This document shows, piece by piece, positions 37,611 to 49,531 of a DNA stretch of 64,000 nucleotides. How positions within the stretch are numbered: position 1 is the stretch's first letter; every line of letters starts with the position of its first letter. Where the stretch lies: NCBI GenBank assembly GCA_002269645.1, contig NIVC01000405.1, positions 314,173 through 378,172 on the forward strand. Reading direction: 5' to 3'. A program made the position numbers and the translations under genes. Below the pieces are notes generated by a model. The model saw only the letters and a list, made by a program, of their open reading frames with translations, was not told where the DNA came from and did no database searches. Source of the stretch: Macrostomum lignano (taxonomy: Eukaryota).

Positions 37611-40600
37611 TTAACGAAACTTCCTAGCCATCCAGTTATGGAATTGATGTATCTTCTTTTTAACAGCTGAAACAATCGGCTTGTTAATGTACTTCTGGTA
37701 GCGCTCGTACACCCGTTTCTCATTGTCTACGATGCTGTTCAGTATGGTGTCGTCACGCAGGCTGCCTGTGCAGACGGCCAGTTCCCGGATGTCCTGCAGC
37801 TGCTGCATCCTTTTCGCATAGCCTGGGCGCCGGTTCATCCTCTCCGACTCGATCAGTTTGTCGATGTAGTCGACTTCACTTAGCGGGTCCGGTTTCAAGG
37901 CGATTTCTTTCAGCTTGTCGATGCACTCCTTGCACTCCACAATCAGTTCAACTAAGGTTGACTTTTTAGCCAAATAATCCTCGTAAACCTGCTGGACCAA
38001 CTGTTTGGCTGTAATCATCTTGCCGGTAGCGTCCTGATAGCGAGCCATCAGTTCCTGTGAAGTTTTAGTTACCACCTGGCTCTGGATCTCAATTCGGTAA
38101 GGCATGTTGCGGTGCATGGTCCAATCACATGCGCCGCGGCACACGTGGCACTTGCCGTCTGTCATGGCTGCACACCTTGATTTGTCCTTGTCCTCCGGAA
38201 TTTTGCACGGATAATGGCATGTCCTGTTGCAAGTCAAACAATTCGTGATGTAGGTACCAGCTGGTATGTCTACATGAACGGCCTTTTCTTCTTTAACGGA
38301 GTAAGTGAAGTCTTTGTTGCGTTTGATGTCAGCTGAGTGTCTCTTAATCACGTCGATCTCAGCCTCTAGGCGGTTTAGTACTCCTAGACTCAGGTCTATT
38401 TGAGTTTTTATTGCTACAATTTTCACCTGTAGTCGCTCCCGCGCTTGAAGAACATCCTTTGTCAGAGTCAGGCTTTTAGCTTGCATGCCCTGAACATGCT
38501 GAAAGAAGTCCTTGAAGCTTTCCATGCCCATATCCCAGAACAACTTATTGAAACTGCCAGCCATACTGACACCTTGCGACTTCATGGCGAAAACAGCCGA
38601 GTTGTTGAACTTGATGTGCATATTGTAGGGAATTTTGGCTTCCTTAAGTGACTCCAAGACCGGTGGTTCATTGGCATCCGCAAAGGTCACAAGAATATAG
38701 ATGTTACCGCCGACGTCTCGTCCGAACAGAGACAGAATCGAGTCAAAGACGTACCGCTGAGTCGGCGTCAAACGAGAGACACTAGACGGCACTACAAAGC
38801 CGACTGCATCCAAGTGATCGATGCCACCGGGAGCGGAGAAGAATGCTCTAATTCTGTCCACAATCTTCTGGTCGTTCACGATGCCCTCAGTATCGCCAAA
38901 CCCGGGCGTGTCTACCAAAGTAAACGTGAATGGATGACGAGATCCTTCGTGTCGGTGAAACGTGTAGGAAGTGACCCAGAGTCTGGCTAGCTGACTGAGA
39001 TTGGCTGAGCTCCTTCTCTTTCGGATCAGCGACAATGCGGAGTCGGAATTCGTCATCGTAATTCACACCGAACAAGTAATTCACCATTGAGTTGATCAGA
39101 GTGGTCTTGCCAGACCCCGTCTCTCCAACGATCATAATGACTTTTTCTTCCGACTGCTGAAAAGTGTAATAGTCAGAGCAGCCTCTGTACTCCATTCCGC
39201 GCACTTGATTTGCGACATCGTTCATCGTTCGGTCCATTTGCAGTTCGTACACGGCTGGCACACTTTTGGAATCTTGGTCGGTTACTTGAGAGAACTGCAA
39301 TGCTGTGTACTTTGCAACTTCTTGAGCCGAGTAGTCAGCCTTGACTGCGTAAGGGTCACTTGGTTTGCCTGCTGTCTTGTCCGAGTACAGTGAAGCTGCC
39401 GTTACGATGTAGTCTCCATTGCCATATATAGGAACAGCAACAACTGTGTCAGTTGATTCGAAGTTTCTGTCGCAGATGAGAGCTCCTGATACTCCATCCG
39501 TAACTCTAACTCGATACCCAACGTGATTGGAACTTTGACCTGAGGATTTGCCTTTGTGTAGTTTAACTTGAATAGCAAACGGTGAAATCGCTTTAGCTGA
39601 GCTGATTGTGAGCGCGTCAGTCTCCAAAGTCTCAACTGGCTCTAGGTTAACCAATTCGCCATAGCCGAGCTCACGAACGGTTGAATAGCTGACGGAGTAC
39701 TTCGTTTTTGGCAGAAGAGCTTTCAAATTTAGCATTATCATTTGTCTATCGTCAAAGTCGCATTCAATCCCTTCAATGCGATTTGATGTAGCACAGCGCC
39801 AAGTCACAAGCACGCTCATTACAGGGTTGTCCGCACTGTTAAAAGTGGGCTTGCTAACTAGTAATTCAATACAGTCGCTCGATACACTGCCTACTTCAAC
39901 TGTAACTGGAATCAGGAATGAATCAATGCTAGATAGAACAGCGCGTTGGTCTTTTAGAATGCAAAAGCGGCAATCAAAGTGTTCCATTTCTTCGTGAATT
40001 ACTTTCCAAGAAAAGATGAAATCTTTCCGTCGTTGATTAGCAATTTGAAAATTGTGTAACCTCGACAGCTTGCTGCTTAGCATTTTCAGCATTAGTTGCA
40101 TATCGAACTGTTCTAGAAAAGCTTCGATAGCTAGGGGCTTAGGGGCCTGCTTTGGAAATAGTAGTCTGACTTGGCACTCTAGCCGACAATCTGTGTATTC
40201 AATTGATTTCCCAACGTCATCGATGCGACGTAGAACTGACAAAACTGCGTTCAATTCAGGCAGCCAATCAATGGACGCCTGTCGAAGAACAAGCTTGCTC
40301 AGCTTCTTTGCATCACGATAGTTTGACTTCAGCAACTGGTGGTTGATTATATACTTGTTCTCAGTAACTTGCATGACTGCTATTAAAGTGTTACGCAAGA
40401 AACTAGCATCCTTGAGCAGCTCATCAGCAATTATCGTTACAAGGATACGTAAAGTGGCTCGAGTTTCGTACAATGCTGCCAGAACGCTACTAATCTGCTG
40501 ATTAAGATGAGTCTGCTTCTGGTTCGCGATGTTGTTTAGCCTAAACAAAGCTGTTGTGCAGCTGTCACTGTTGGCAGCTTCGGCTTGTACAAGACGCTTA

Positions 40601-40685
40601 AATTCGTCTCAGTCGCAATCTTTTGTTTGACCATTTGAAGCAAATGCCTTGATGCTTGTGGATTGCGCCTGTGACGGGTCAGCAT
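37611..40685 (-). pseudogene. FN3 repeats + septin/AIG1-like P-loop GTPase + Cys-rich + coiled-coil protein; one frameshift and one in-frame stop
   Basis: G1 GETGSGKT, G2 SQT, G3 DTPGFGD, TFAD and KFNN motifs, NCLTCNRTCHYPC...CHVCRGAC. The two track ORFs join across an extra C at 38979 (AGC CAG ACT C TGG GTC). Extension to the acceptor at 40686 passes a TGA at 40609-40611. Confidence 0.8.
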
Positions 40686-41886
40686 CTGAAAATTTTCAAA
40701 CGTTTAAATGATTACTTGTTGCTGGGAACAAGACATTGTTTTTACGCCGGTACTAGACTGACTGTCTCAGGGGCATTGTGTTTTAATTAACCAATGAAGT
40801 TTTAGTGCTTGTATTTATTTTATCATTCTTACCTGACTGTATAACACTACGTGTAACAGAGATGATAAAAAGATTATTAAAACCAATGAGTCGAGCTGTG
40901 ACATGCATTTTTACGAGTTTTAGGTACTTTGAAATGTACATAGAATAAAAACTTTATACAGAATCTAATTTTCTAAACAGAAAGCTTTATAGATGAGCAT
41001 TGGCTTTGCCTTATCAAAAGCAATAACAATTTTTGTGCTGAAATAATGAAAACTCCTATCTCTGTAGTATATTTTATCAAAAAATTCGCCTCCTAAAATT
41101 TTCAAGAAGCTTAGTTTCCCGTCCTTCTACTTAAGTCGTCCTTGAAAAAAATGCCTAACCATGTCGTAATTCAGATAGATTAATATACAGGTTTCGTGGG
41201 TCACTTTTAGTCACTAAAAACCTAATCGTTTTTTAATTTCCTACATTGGTGCGGCCTAACACCAGAAAAAACAGACAAAACTTTACAGGCTTACAGTTCT
41301 GTCCTGATTGAGTTACAGAATTTACGACTTTAGGAGTTACAAACATTACATTTAGACAGAGAAAATAAGTAACTGAAGAATTGTGCCAAGTTTGAAGGCA
41401 ATCGCTTCACGTGGAATGGCAGCCGAAGGTCAGTCAGTTTTAAAACAGATTTTACAAACTGGCCAGATAAGAGAAGGGAAGTGAGGCGGAGGTTGGGGTG
41501 GTTGCCTCGCTGAATAAAACAAAACTTTAAAAGTGCACAGCGACGTTCAGAATTAACATTAAAACGCAAAATTTTACACGATTGCGTCATAATAGCTGAT
41601 TAATATTGTTGCGTCAGAGTTGAATAGCATTGGTAGAAGTGGAGCAACGCTATGGAGGATTTAGTGAAAAATGCACTTTTAGCAGTTTCCTGCTTTAGGT
41701 ACAAATAGGAAATTTTAAAAAGCCGGGAGCCTTCTTCATGGTGAGTTTTGGGTGGGTCTAAACTTTGGTATAATTAATTTGTGTGAGCCATTTAGGAATC
41801 CATTGCAATGTAATTTGTACACAGATAGACAGTTTAAATTTTATATTTATAGACTTGATAGGCAAACTAGGTAGAAAAGAACTCAC

Positions 41887-42352
41887 CATCATTTGTAAAA
41901 CCATAGACCACAAAGCCTTCGAAAACCTCAACAATAGTGTCTGGAGCAATGGTCTCGTGCTCATGCTCTTCACCATCAATTTGAAGCAGACTTCCATTCC
42001 TGCATAAAGCTCCAAAGACAATGTACTTTGGAAATTCATTTCTTTCCCAAAGAACTTGTAGAATAGCAGACACAGTATATGATTTAGGAAACAGGCTATA
42101 AATTAGATTGATAGCCTGGAAAGGCGATAGTCCAATGGCTGCAATGTCTTCAAGAAAAGTAGTTCTTTGAATGCATAGCACTAGTTTTTGATCTGACTTT
42201 TCCACTGCAAACTTTGTTTTGGTTGATAGCTTTGGAAATGTGTCATCCCAAAAACTATACTTTAGTCCAACAGATGGTATTTGTTTGCTCAATGTTTGAA
42301 TCAATTTGAATGATTTTTCAGCCAGAGCCATGGTAGCATTCAAAGATGCTAG
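41887..42352 (-). CDS. Probable upstream exon of the FN3-GTPase gene; domain not recognised
   Basis: TTTCAG acceptor and GTGAGT donor bound a 466 nt open exon; its phase-1 end matches the phase-1 acceptor at 40686 (G|AT). Confidence 0.55.
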
Positions 42353-43135
42353 CTGAAATATTATATTTATGTTTAGGTTTTATGATTCAAATGATAGATA
42401 TAGCTTATATTAAGAGAAAAAATAAAATATCAATAAATAGTTTTAGATTTAAAGTACTTCATTTCATAAAATAATTTCCAGCTATCTACATTATTGCTAT
42501 GCAAAATTTATATTGACTAATTATTGGATATAAACAAAATGAGCTCTTGGACTATATTTTAAGCTATATACCTAAAAGCCATTTCAATTAGCTAGAATGT
42601 GTTAATATGAGCTTTATAAATTTTATAGTCTTAATTACATTAAAAATTTCTGCAAGCAAGGATCTATTGTTTAAATAGAGTATCGAATTGTTGATTGGCT
42701 CCTTTTAATTAATAATTTAATTTTATCATCTCAAAACATTCCCTAAGTCTAAGATACATTTAAAAAAAATTTTCCAGATGGTAATTAAATTAGTATAGTA
42801 TAGCTAGAAGCAAGCATAATTGAGATTATAAAAAATAACGTAAATATGTATTGACACGCTGTTCCGTTCATACACTGACAGTTTTTCACTGAATTAACAT
42901 AATCATAAAGTGCAACTATGCGTCTGTTGAGCATTCAACTTGACTCAGATGAGCCAAAAGTCAAAAACGCAACTACATGTATTAAAATTAATAAAATCAT
43001 GTCTCCCAATATACTTATTTGCCATAAAGCAAAAAATAAGATTAGGAAACACGCTACATAATATGGTAATAATGCAGAAAGAGCAAGACTTTCAACATGG
43101 TAAACTACGTTAAGTTCCTGATCGATGGCTCGATA

Positions 43136-43818
43136 ATGTGTGGGTCCCCCGACAGATATTCACCAGACAGATATTTTTTTCTTCGGGCAGATAATTCAAA
43201 CAAAAAATGAATTCATGTTTTGGGATACATTCCTTACTCTGACGCCATATTCAGCTTTAAAAATTTGTAAGCAGAAGTTTTCTGTCCCAAAGAAAAAAAT
43301 GGCATGAATGCAGTGTGTCAAAAGACGAATTCATTGGCACCCCTTAAAAACACATTTTGGAAGCAAATATCTCGGGAAATACAAAAGGGAATCATGTGTC
43401 TAAGATGTCATTGCAAAGCTGAGACATGCGTCAAGAAGTGATAAAAGTTTCAGAGCAAATGATTAAAGCATTGAGACGTAGCGATAAATCAAACTTTTTG
43501 TTGATCAACGATCTTCAACCAAGATAAACCATAACTTTGATTTATCGCTGCGTCTCAACGCTTTAATCATTTGCTCTGAAACTTTTATCACTTCTTGACG
43601 CATGTCTCAGCTTTGCAATGACATCTTAGACACATGATTCCCTTTTGTATTTCCCGAGATATTTGCTTCCAAAATGTGTTTTTTAGGGGTGCCAATGAAT
43701 TCGTCTTTTGACACACTTTGCATTCATGCCAATTTTTTTTTCAGGGCGGTGCGGGCGGTGCGGGGCGTGTTTTAGGGAGACCCCTGTCTGGTGAATATCT
43801 GTCGGGGAACCCACACAT
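43136..43818. mobile_element. 683 bp near-palindromic MITE with 9 bp TSD (Mutator-like)
   Basis: TIR ATGTGTGGGT(C/T)CCCCGACAGATATTCACCAGACAG at both ends; TSD GGCTCGATA at 43127-43135 and 43819-43827; inner arms about 43290-43494 and 43537-43738 are also inverted. Confidence 0.88.
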
Positions 43819-44819
43819 GGCTCGATAGTACTAGTAACTGTCGATCAGCTTGACGATATTTAAAAAATGAAAACGAAAATCGAAAAATTTTGAAGTTATT
43901 ATAAACTATAAAATTATAAGATGCATTTTCTTCTTTGGCGTTTTAAAAAAAAATTTCATACAGGGTAAGATTTTGTATCGAAGAACTAGCCTATTTTAGC
44001 ATATCATTTGTTTAACTTGAAAAACGTAAAATTTTCCCTTAGAAACATGTTATACAATTGTTATACATGTTATATAAAAGTAAAAATAAAGCTGAAATTG
44101 CCAATTGGCGAAGGTGACTTTTGGCTTTATATAATATCATATGCAACTATACTCAGCAACATCGAAAAGTCGCCATCACAGAAGATTCCATCTGTGGTTG
44201 CCACTTTGAGAGTGAAAGGTAATAAAGTTTCTCAATCTTTGCGAGTGACGCAACTTTATAGCTACGCCGCGGCAGTCTTAAGTGGGGGGAGCGGTGTGCG
44301 AGGGTTGGACGAATTATATATAATAATTATCGGACGATCAGTTTTCACGTCTCTTTTATTTCAGAAGAGTCCAATTAAGAGAAAACAAGCTCACTAGCTA
44401 CAGTATCTACATGTAGTTGGCGCATTTAGACGCATGAAGCTGAATACATGATTTATGAAAATGCGTTGCAATGCAATATACATGTATTCCAACTCAATTA
44501 TTCGAACCATGTAAATTTTAACATCTCAAGCTTTACTTAAAAGGTACTTTTTAAATTTAAATACCTCCAAAGAAATGCGTATTTCCTTTGGTTGTTAGAT
44601 TGCTGCGAAGACCGCAGTGGAGCTGAAGATACGCGAGTATTCCTCTCAGGGCTGCTAATTGACAGAAAAGATGACGTGATCAAAGCAGTTAGCAAACGGC
44701 CGACGAAATAAAACAACCATGAGAGTACTCGTACTACATCCCAAAGACTTGCTTCGGTCGACAGACTTTTGTACCTCATGATTAACGACCAGATAAAGAA
44801 TCCAGCTCATGGCTGCAGC

Positions 44820-45219
44820 CTGGATGAGACAGAGTGGAAAGGAAAGAAATTATAGACGATTAGAAAAGGAAGGAATGGCGAGATAGGGGATGAGAGAAAA
44901 GAAATAAAAGAGTGAGAGGAGATGTGAAAGAGAAGTGAGAGAATAAGAAAGAAGAGACGAGAGAGACGAGAGACAAAGGGAGAGAGAAGTGGAGTGAGGA
45001 TAGAGGAGAGAACAGGGGAGAGAGAAACGCGATGAGGTGAGAGAATAGAGGGGAGAGAGAAAAGAGGAGATCGAGAGGAGAGAGTAGATAAAGGAAAAGA
45101 GAGATGAGAGAGAGCAGAAAGACGACAGTAGAGATGAGAGAGTAAAGAAGAGAAAATAGAGGGGAGGGAGAATAGAGAAGAGATGTGAGAGTTGATAGAA
45201 GAGACAAGAGACAAGAGAT
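44820..45219. repeat. GA-rich low-complexity tract abutting the large inverted repeat
   Basis: Almost pure G/A. Confidence 0.8.
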
Positions 45220-48200
45220 GTGATGAGGACGCACTTTTTCCCAAATCCCGCGCTAGCACATGGGCTTTGAACTTACTAGCCTACTAACAGTGGGCGAGGG
45301 GTATTTTTATCCTTTTTCTGCGAATAGTCATAGAATCTATACTAGATATAATGTCTGGCCATACTAGTAGTCATAATAACATAGGCGCAGCTTTTTGGGT
45401 CGTAAATCATCGCTTTCGAAGCTGGTCTGACAGCCACCTGCGCCTCACTCAGTGTTGAGACGGGCGCCAGATGGTCTGAGAGGATGCGGGCGGTAGCTTT
45501 TTTCTCATCATTTTGAAGGCCATCAAGATTTATGAGGTCAGAGCCTATTGTTCGGATTCACTCAAGCGTGTGACAGCTTTGACAGCTATGCGTTTTACCC
45601 CTAAAAGTACTTTGGGATTAGTGATTAGCAATTTCGCTTCATTATCTTCACTTTCTATTTAATAAGAGCTTTCTAATGTATATTTTTTCATTAATTTCTG
45701 TCAATCCTACGCGAAAAGTCATAAATCATTTTGTTGCGATTTTGAGTGATTTATGGCCGCACCTGTCATCTTTTTACGACCCCGTGAAACTGATAGGATC
45801 TCTCGGTCACGTGATTCTGGGTAGCAACAAGCTTAGCCAATCAGAAAATTCGGCGCTCATTTTAACAAAACGGCTCAGCCAATCAGAATCGACGTGTTCC
45901 ATTATAACAAACTGCGGTCCAGTTGGCGGCTATTTAAACCGGAGTTTTTGGCCCACTCGGACCTCATCCTGGCTAAGACTTGCGCCAACCTCCTGGGGCT
46001 TTAGCCTAGCTTGAGACATCCCGGAGCGCGACCGTCGTTTCTTGATCCCCGGATTGCGACTTCCCCCCATCATCATCAAGGACGAATCCCCCGGTCGACA
46101 GCAGCGAACATCAAGCGAAGATCATCACCTGCTAGCTATCAGCGAAGATCGTGACAGCATCATCCCGAGTCTACAGCTACAGAGCATCAAGCCGATTCGG
46201 TCACTGTGGATTACCTGGTCTCCGGCTGTTGAGTTTCTGATTGGTTGGGTGAGAGGCTACCTAGACTTGCTTGATTGGTTGATCCCCTATCTGTCCCCTG
46301 TTTCAGTAGCTGAATTAGGCGCACACTTTTGCTCATTTTGTTCAGTAGTGCTGTTATTGAGGCAGAAATCACTTATAATACTGCTAGTAGTCTGAAACTC
46401 CAATTCAATCTGAGGTGTGAAGAGATCTAAGGAGAAGGTTAAATCTAACAGTTATTTTTATCGGTTTTATTTCTTTGTTCGCCGATGGCTCAGATGAGTA
46501 GCTAAGCTAGTAGGCGCCGGTCACAGTGGACCAATGGCAAGGCAGTTCTCAGTCGATCAATCAATCAAATCAGTGAGCAAAACTGCCAGAAGTGCAGAAT
46601 CGGCGCCAGAGATGTACTTTGTGCACTCTAGGTTAGCCAAGCGGCTCGGGTAATGAATCATGCGGTCTCTGAAGTTCGAGTTAGTCTATCATCAGCGCTA
46701 TAAGAGGCTTGTTGGCGCGTTGAAGGTCAAAAGTACATATCTTCGTATTTAGCAATGTAATAGTACATGTAGCTACCCCATAGACTCGCCACTGCAAGAA
46801 TCCCCTGCACAAGTCCCCTCTGTACCTGCATGGCCAATGCGATCTAGTCCCAGCCGTGTCCCTTATCATCGGCTATGACTTCGAGATTGACATCAAAAAG
46901 ACACTAGTTGGCAGGTAGTGCAAAGCCCCTTCTAGTCGGAAGCCCGATTTCGAGAGTCCCGGTGTGGTGAGCCAGGGCGCACGGGCTGGTGGCAGCGAGT
47001 TAGCTTAGTCTGCGGATTAGCTAATTTCTACCTTTAAAATTCTCCCTGCTTGTCTCTCGCTGTCCCTTTCTTAGCTATAGGACCTAGACTGCTCGCCACA
47101 CGATCAAGCTACCATGGGGCTGACCATCTGACAGGAGTGGGGGGCCAGGACTCTAATTGATTCATTTCTGAGACCTGAGGCCCGAAGGCTTCCTCACAAG
47201 GGGCCTGAAAGGTCGAAACCCCTCATAAAGGAGAAATATGACTAATATATGTAAGTGAAAATAAATTGATATTATTGAAGTACTCGCTGGTTGCTTCCCG
47301 GATTAGGCCCTTGCGGATTACCTTAAGTCTCGAGCCTCTTCAGTGGGAAGTTCTCTTAGCTCTCTCAGTAGCGTAGGTAGTGCTGCCACCAGTTCCTTCA
47401 GGTCTCAGCCTTCGGTGAGGTGAGCTTCCCGTCGGAACGAAATAATGAAGTCAACGAACTCAGCACCAGGTGCAGATATGCAGTTCAACGTACAAGGCGT
47501 CTCGTCAGCAGCACCTGCCGGGCTTGGATGGTACAGGGAGGGCTGAGTTAGCCTCTCGCAGGCTTGGGGTGTGCTTTAGTAGGGTCTCAGTCGGACCAAT
47601 AAGAACAGATTCAATAAACGCAGTCGGGCGCTCAGTCAGACGCCAACGCACACAGGTCTTAGAACTCGGGAATCAAGAACTGACACTAAGCAGAAACTCC
47701 TTGACGGAAACAAGGGGGAGAGGGGTCCTATTTATAGCCGGAAAACACCCGCGCACAAGACCTCGTGACTTGTTCTATTTTTAGAACTGACGTCACTCGA
47801 GAGTCTCGGGCAGGGTACAAGCGCGCGGAAGACCTCGTGACTTGTTCTATTTTTAGAACTGACGTCACTTGAGGGTCCCCGGCAGAGTGCACATGGCTGT
47901 GACTCAGTTGCTATTTTTAGCAACATGAGTCACTCCTCTCCTTAGAGAAGGGAGGGTACCGAAAGCATGTGACTCATCCGGTAAACAGGGCCAGCAAGTG
48001 CAGTAAACATGTTTACTGCACTTTAAGACTCAGAGAACGCAGAAACTGTCATGTGACCAGCTCACAAGACAGGGAGACAGAGACTGACGAAACAAGGACA
48101 GCCCGCAACAGAGAAGTTGCGGGCTGAGAAACGCAGGGCAACACGGGCAGAAGAAAGGGAGGGGGCAGCAACAGACAGCCAAGAGGAGGGAAGCGGGAAG

Positions 48201-48244
48201 CTGACTAGCGGCAGACAGCAACCCAGGGCGAGGGCGAGGGCAAG
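45220..48244. repeat. Left arm (3.0 kb) of a large inverted repeat
   Basis: Reverse complement of 48537-51514, checked at both ends and at many internal points. The ORF track shows mirrored identical ORFs (47470-47784 +/48997-49311 -, 47732-47926 -/48855-49049 +). Confidence 0.95.
45732..46450 (+). mobile_element. LTR-like segment (TGTT...AACA) with two CCAAT boxes and a TATTTAAA box; mirror copy at 50331-51032 (-)
   Basis: Inverted TGTT/AACA termini, AGCCAATCAG twice, TATTTAAA at about 45931. No TSD found. Confidence 0.4.
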
Positions 48245-48505
48245 TCGTTATATATTTTTTGTTTCTAAATAGACTTGGAAAGTAATTTGAGAGGACAGGT
48301 CTGTAGGTTTTTTTGAATAAGGTAAGCGCTTTTGTAGTATTTAATATTGGTGCTGGTTGTCTAGCTTTCGGCTTAGTTCTCTTTCTCTATATATGTGCAG
48401 GTGCTTTTTCACTAGAAGTTTCTCATTGTTAAAGCTTAATCGGGGGGTTTATTTTTGAATAGTATAGTATAGATAGAATTAATAATGTAGTGATCCGCTA
48501 GTTAA

Positions 48506-49531
48506 TGTAAGGCGTCCCACTTTGTCAGCAGTTTCCCTTGCCCTCGCCCTCGCCCTGGGTTGCTGTCTGCCGCTAGTCAGCTTCCCGCTTCCCTCCTCTT
48601 GGCTGTCTGTTGCTGCCCCCTCCCTTTCTTCTGCCCGTGTTGCCCTGCGTTTCTCAGCCCGCAACTTCTCTGTTGCGGGCTGTCCTTGTTTCGTCAGTCT
48701 CTGTCTCCCTGTCTTGTGAGCTGGTCACATGACAGTTTCTGCGTTCTCTGAGTCTTAAAGTGCAGTAAACATGTTTACTGCACTTGCTGGCCCTGTTTAC
48801 CGGATGAGTCACATGCTTTCGGTACCCTCCCTTCTCTAAGGAGAGGAGTGACTCATGTTGCTAAAAATAGCAACTGAGTCACAGCCATGTGCACTCTGCC
48901 GGGGACCCTCAAGTGACGTCAGTTCTAAAAATAGAACAAGTCACGAGGTCTTCCGCGCGCTTGTACCCTGCCCGAGACTCTCGAGTGACGTCAGTTCTAA
49001 AAATAGAACAAGTCACGAGGTCTTGTGCGCGGGTGTTTTCCGGCTATAAATAGGACCCCTCTCCCCCTTGTTTCCGTCAAGGAGTTTCTGCTTAGTGTCA
49101 GTTCTTGATTCCCGAGTTCTAAGACCTGTGTGCGTTGGCGTCTGACTGAGCGCCCGACTGCGTTTATTGAATCTGTTCTTATTGGTCCGACTGAGACCCT
49201 ACTAAAGCACACCCCAAGCCTGCGAGAGGCTAACTCAGCCCTCCCTGTACCATCCAAGCCCGGCAGGTGCTGCTGACGAGACGCCTTGTACGTTGAACTG
49301 CATATCTGCACCTGGTGCTGAGTTCGTTGACTTCATTATTTCGTTCCGACGGGAAGCTCACCTCACCGAAGGCTGAGACCTGAAGGAACTGGTGGCAGCA
49401 CTACCTACGCTACTGAGAGAGCTAAGAGAACTTCCCACTGAAGAGGCTCGAGACTTAAGGTAATCCGCAAGGGCCTAATCCGGGAAGCAACCAGCGAGTA
49501 CTTCAATAATATCAATTTATTTTCACTTACA
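48506..49531 (+). mobile_element. LTR-like segment (TGTAAG...CTTACA), 1026 bp; mirror copy at 47250-48244 (-) lacks the first 31 bp
   Basis: 6 bp inverted termini, 72 bp-spaced enhancer-like direct repeat, TATAAATA at 49045-49052. No TSD or PBS identified. Confidence 0.5.

Noticed and set aside
41699-41740. Plus-strand 42 nt AG/GTGAGT-bounded mini-exon (VQIGNFKKPGAFFM)
   Set aside because: No partner exons found and it is antisense within the GTPase intron; insufficient support.
47168-47230. GGCC-TGAA-AGGT-CGAAAC resembling hammerhead stem II plus GAAA in the inverted-repeat arms
   Set aside because: The upstream core is CTCACAAG rather than CTGANGA, and there is no NUH site with a matching stem III. 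An HDV fold also fails at P1.1/P2.
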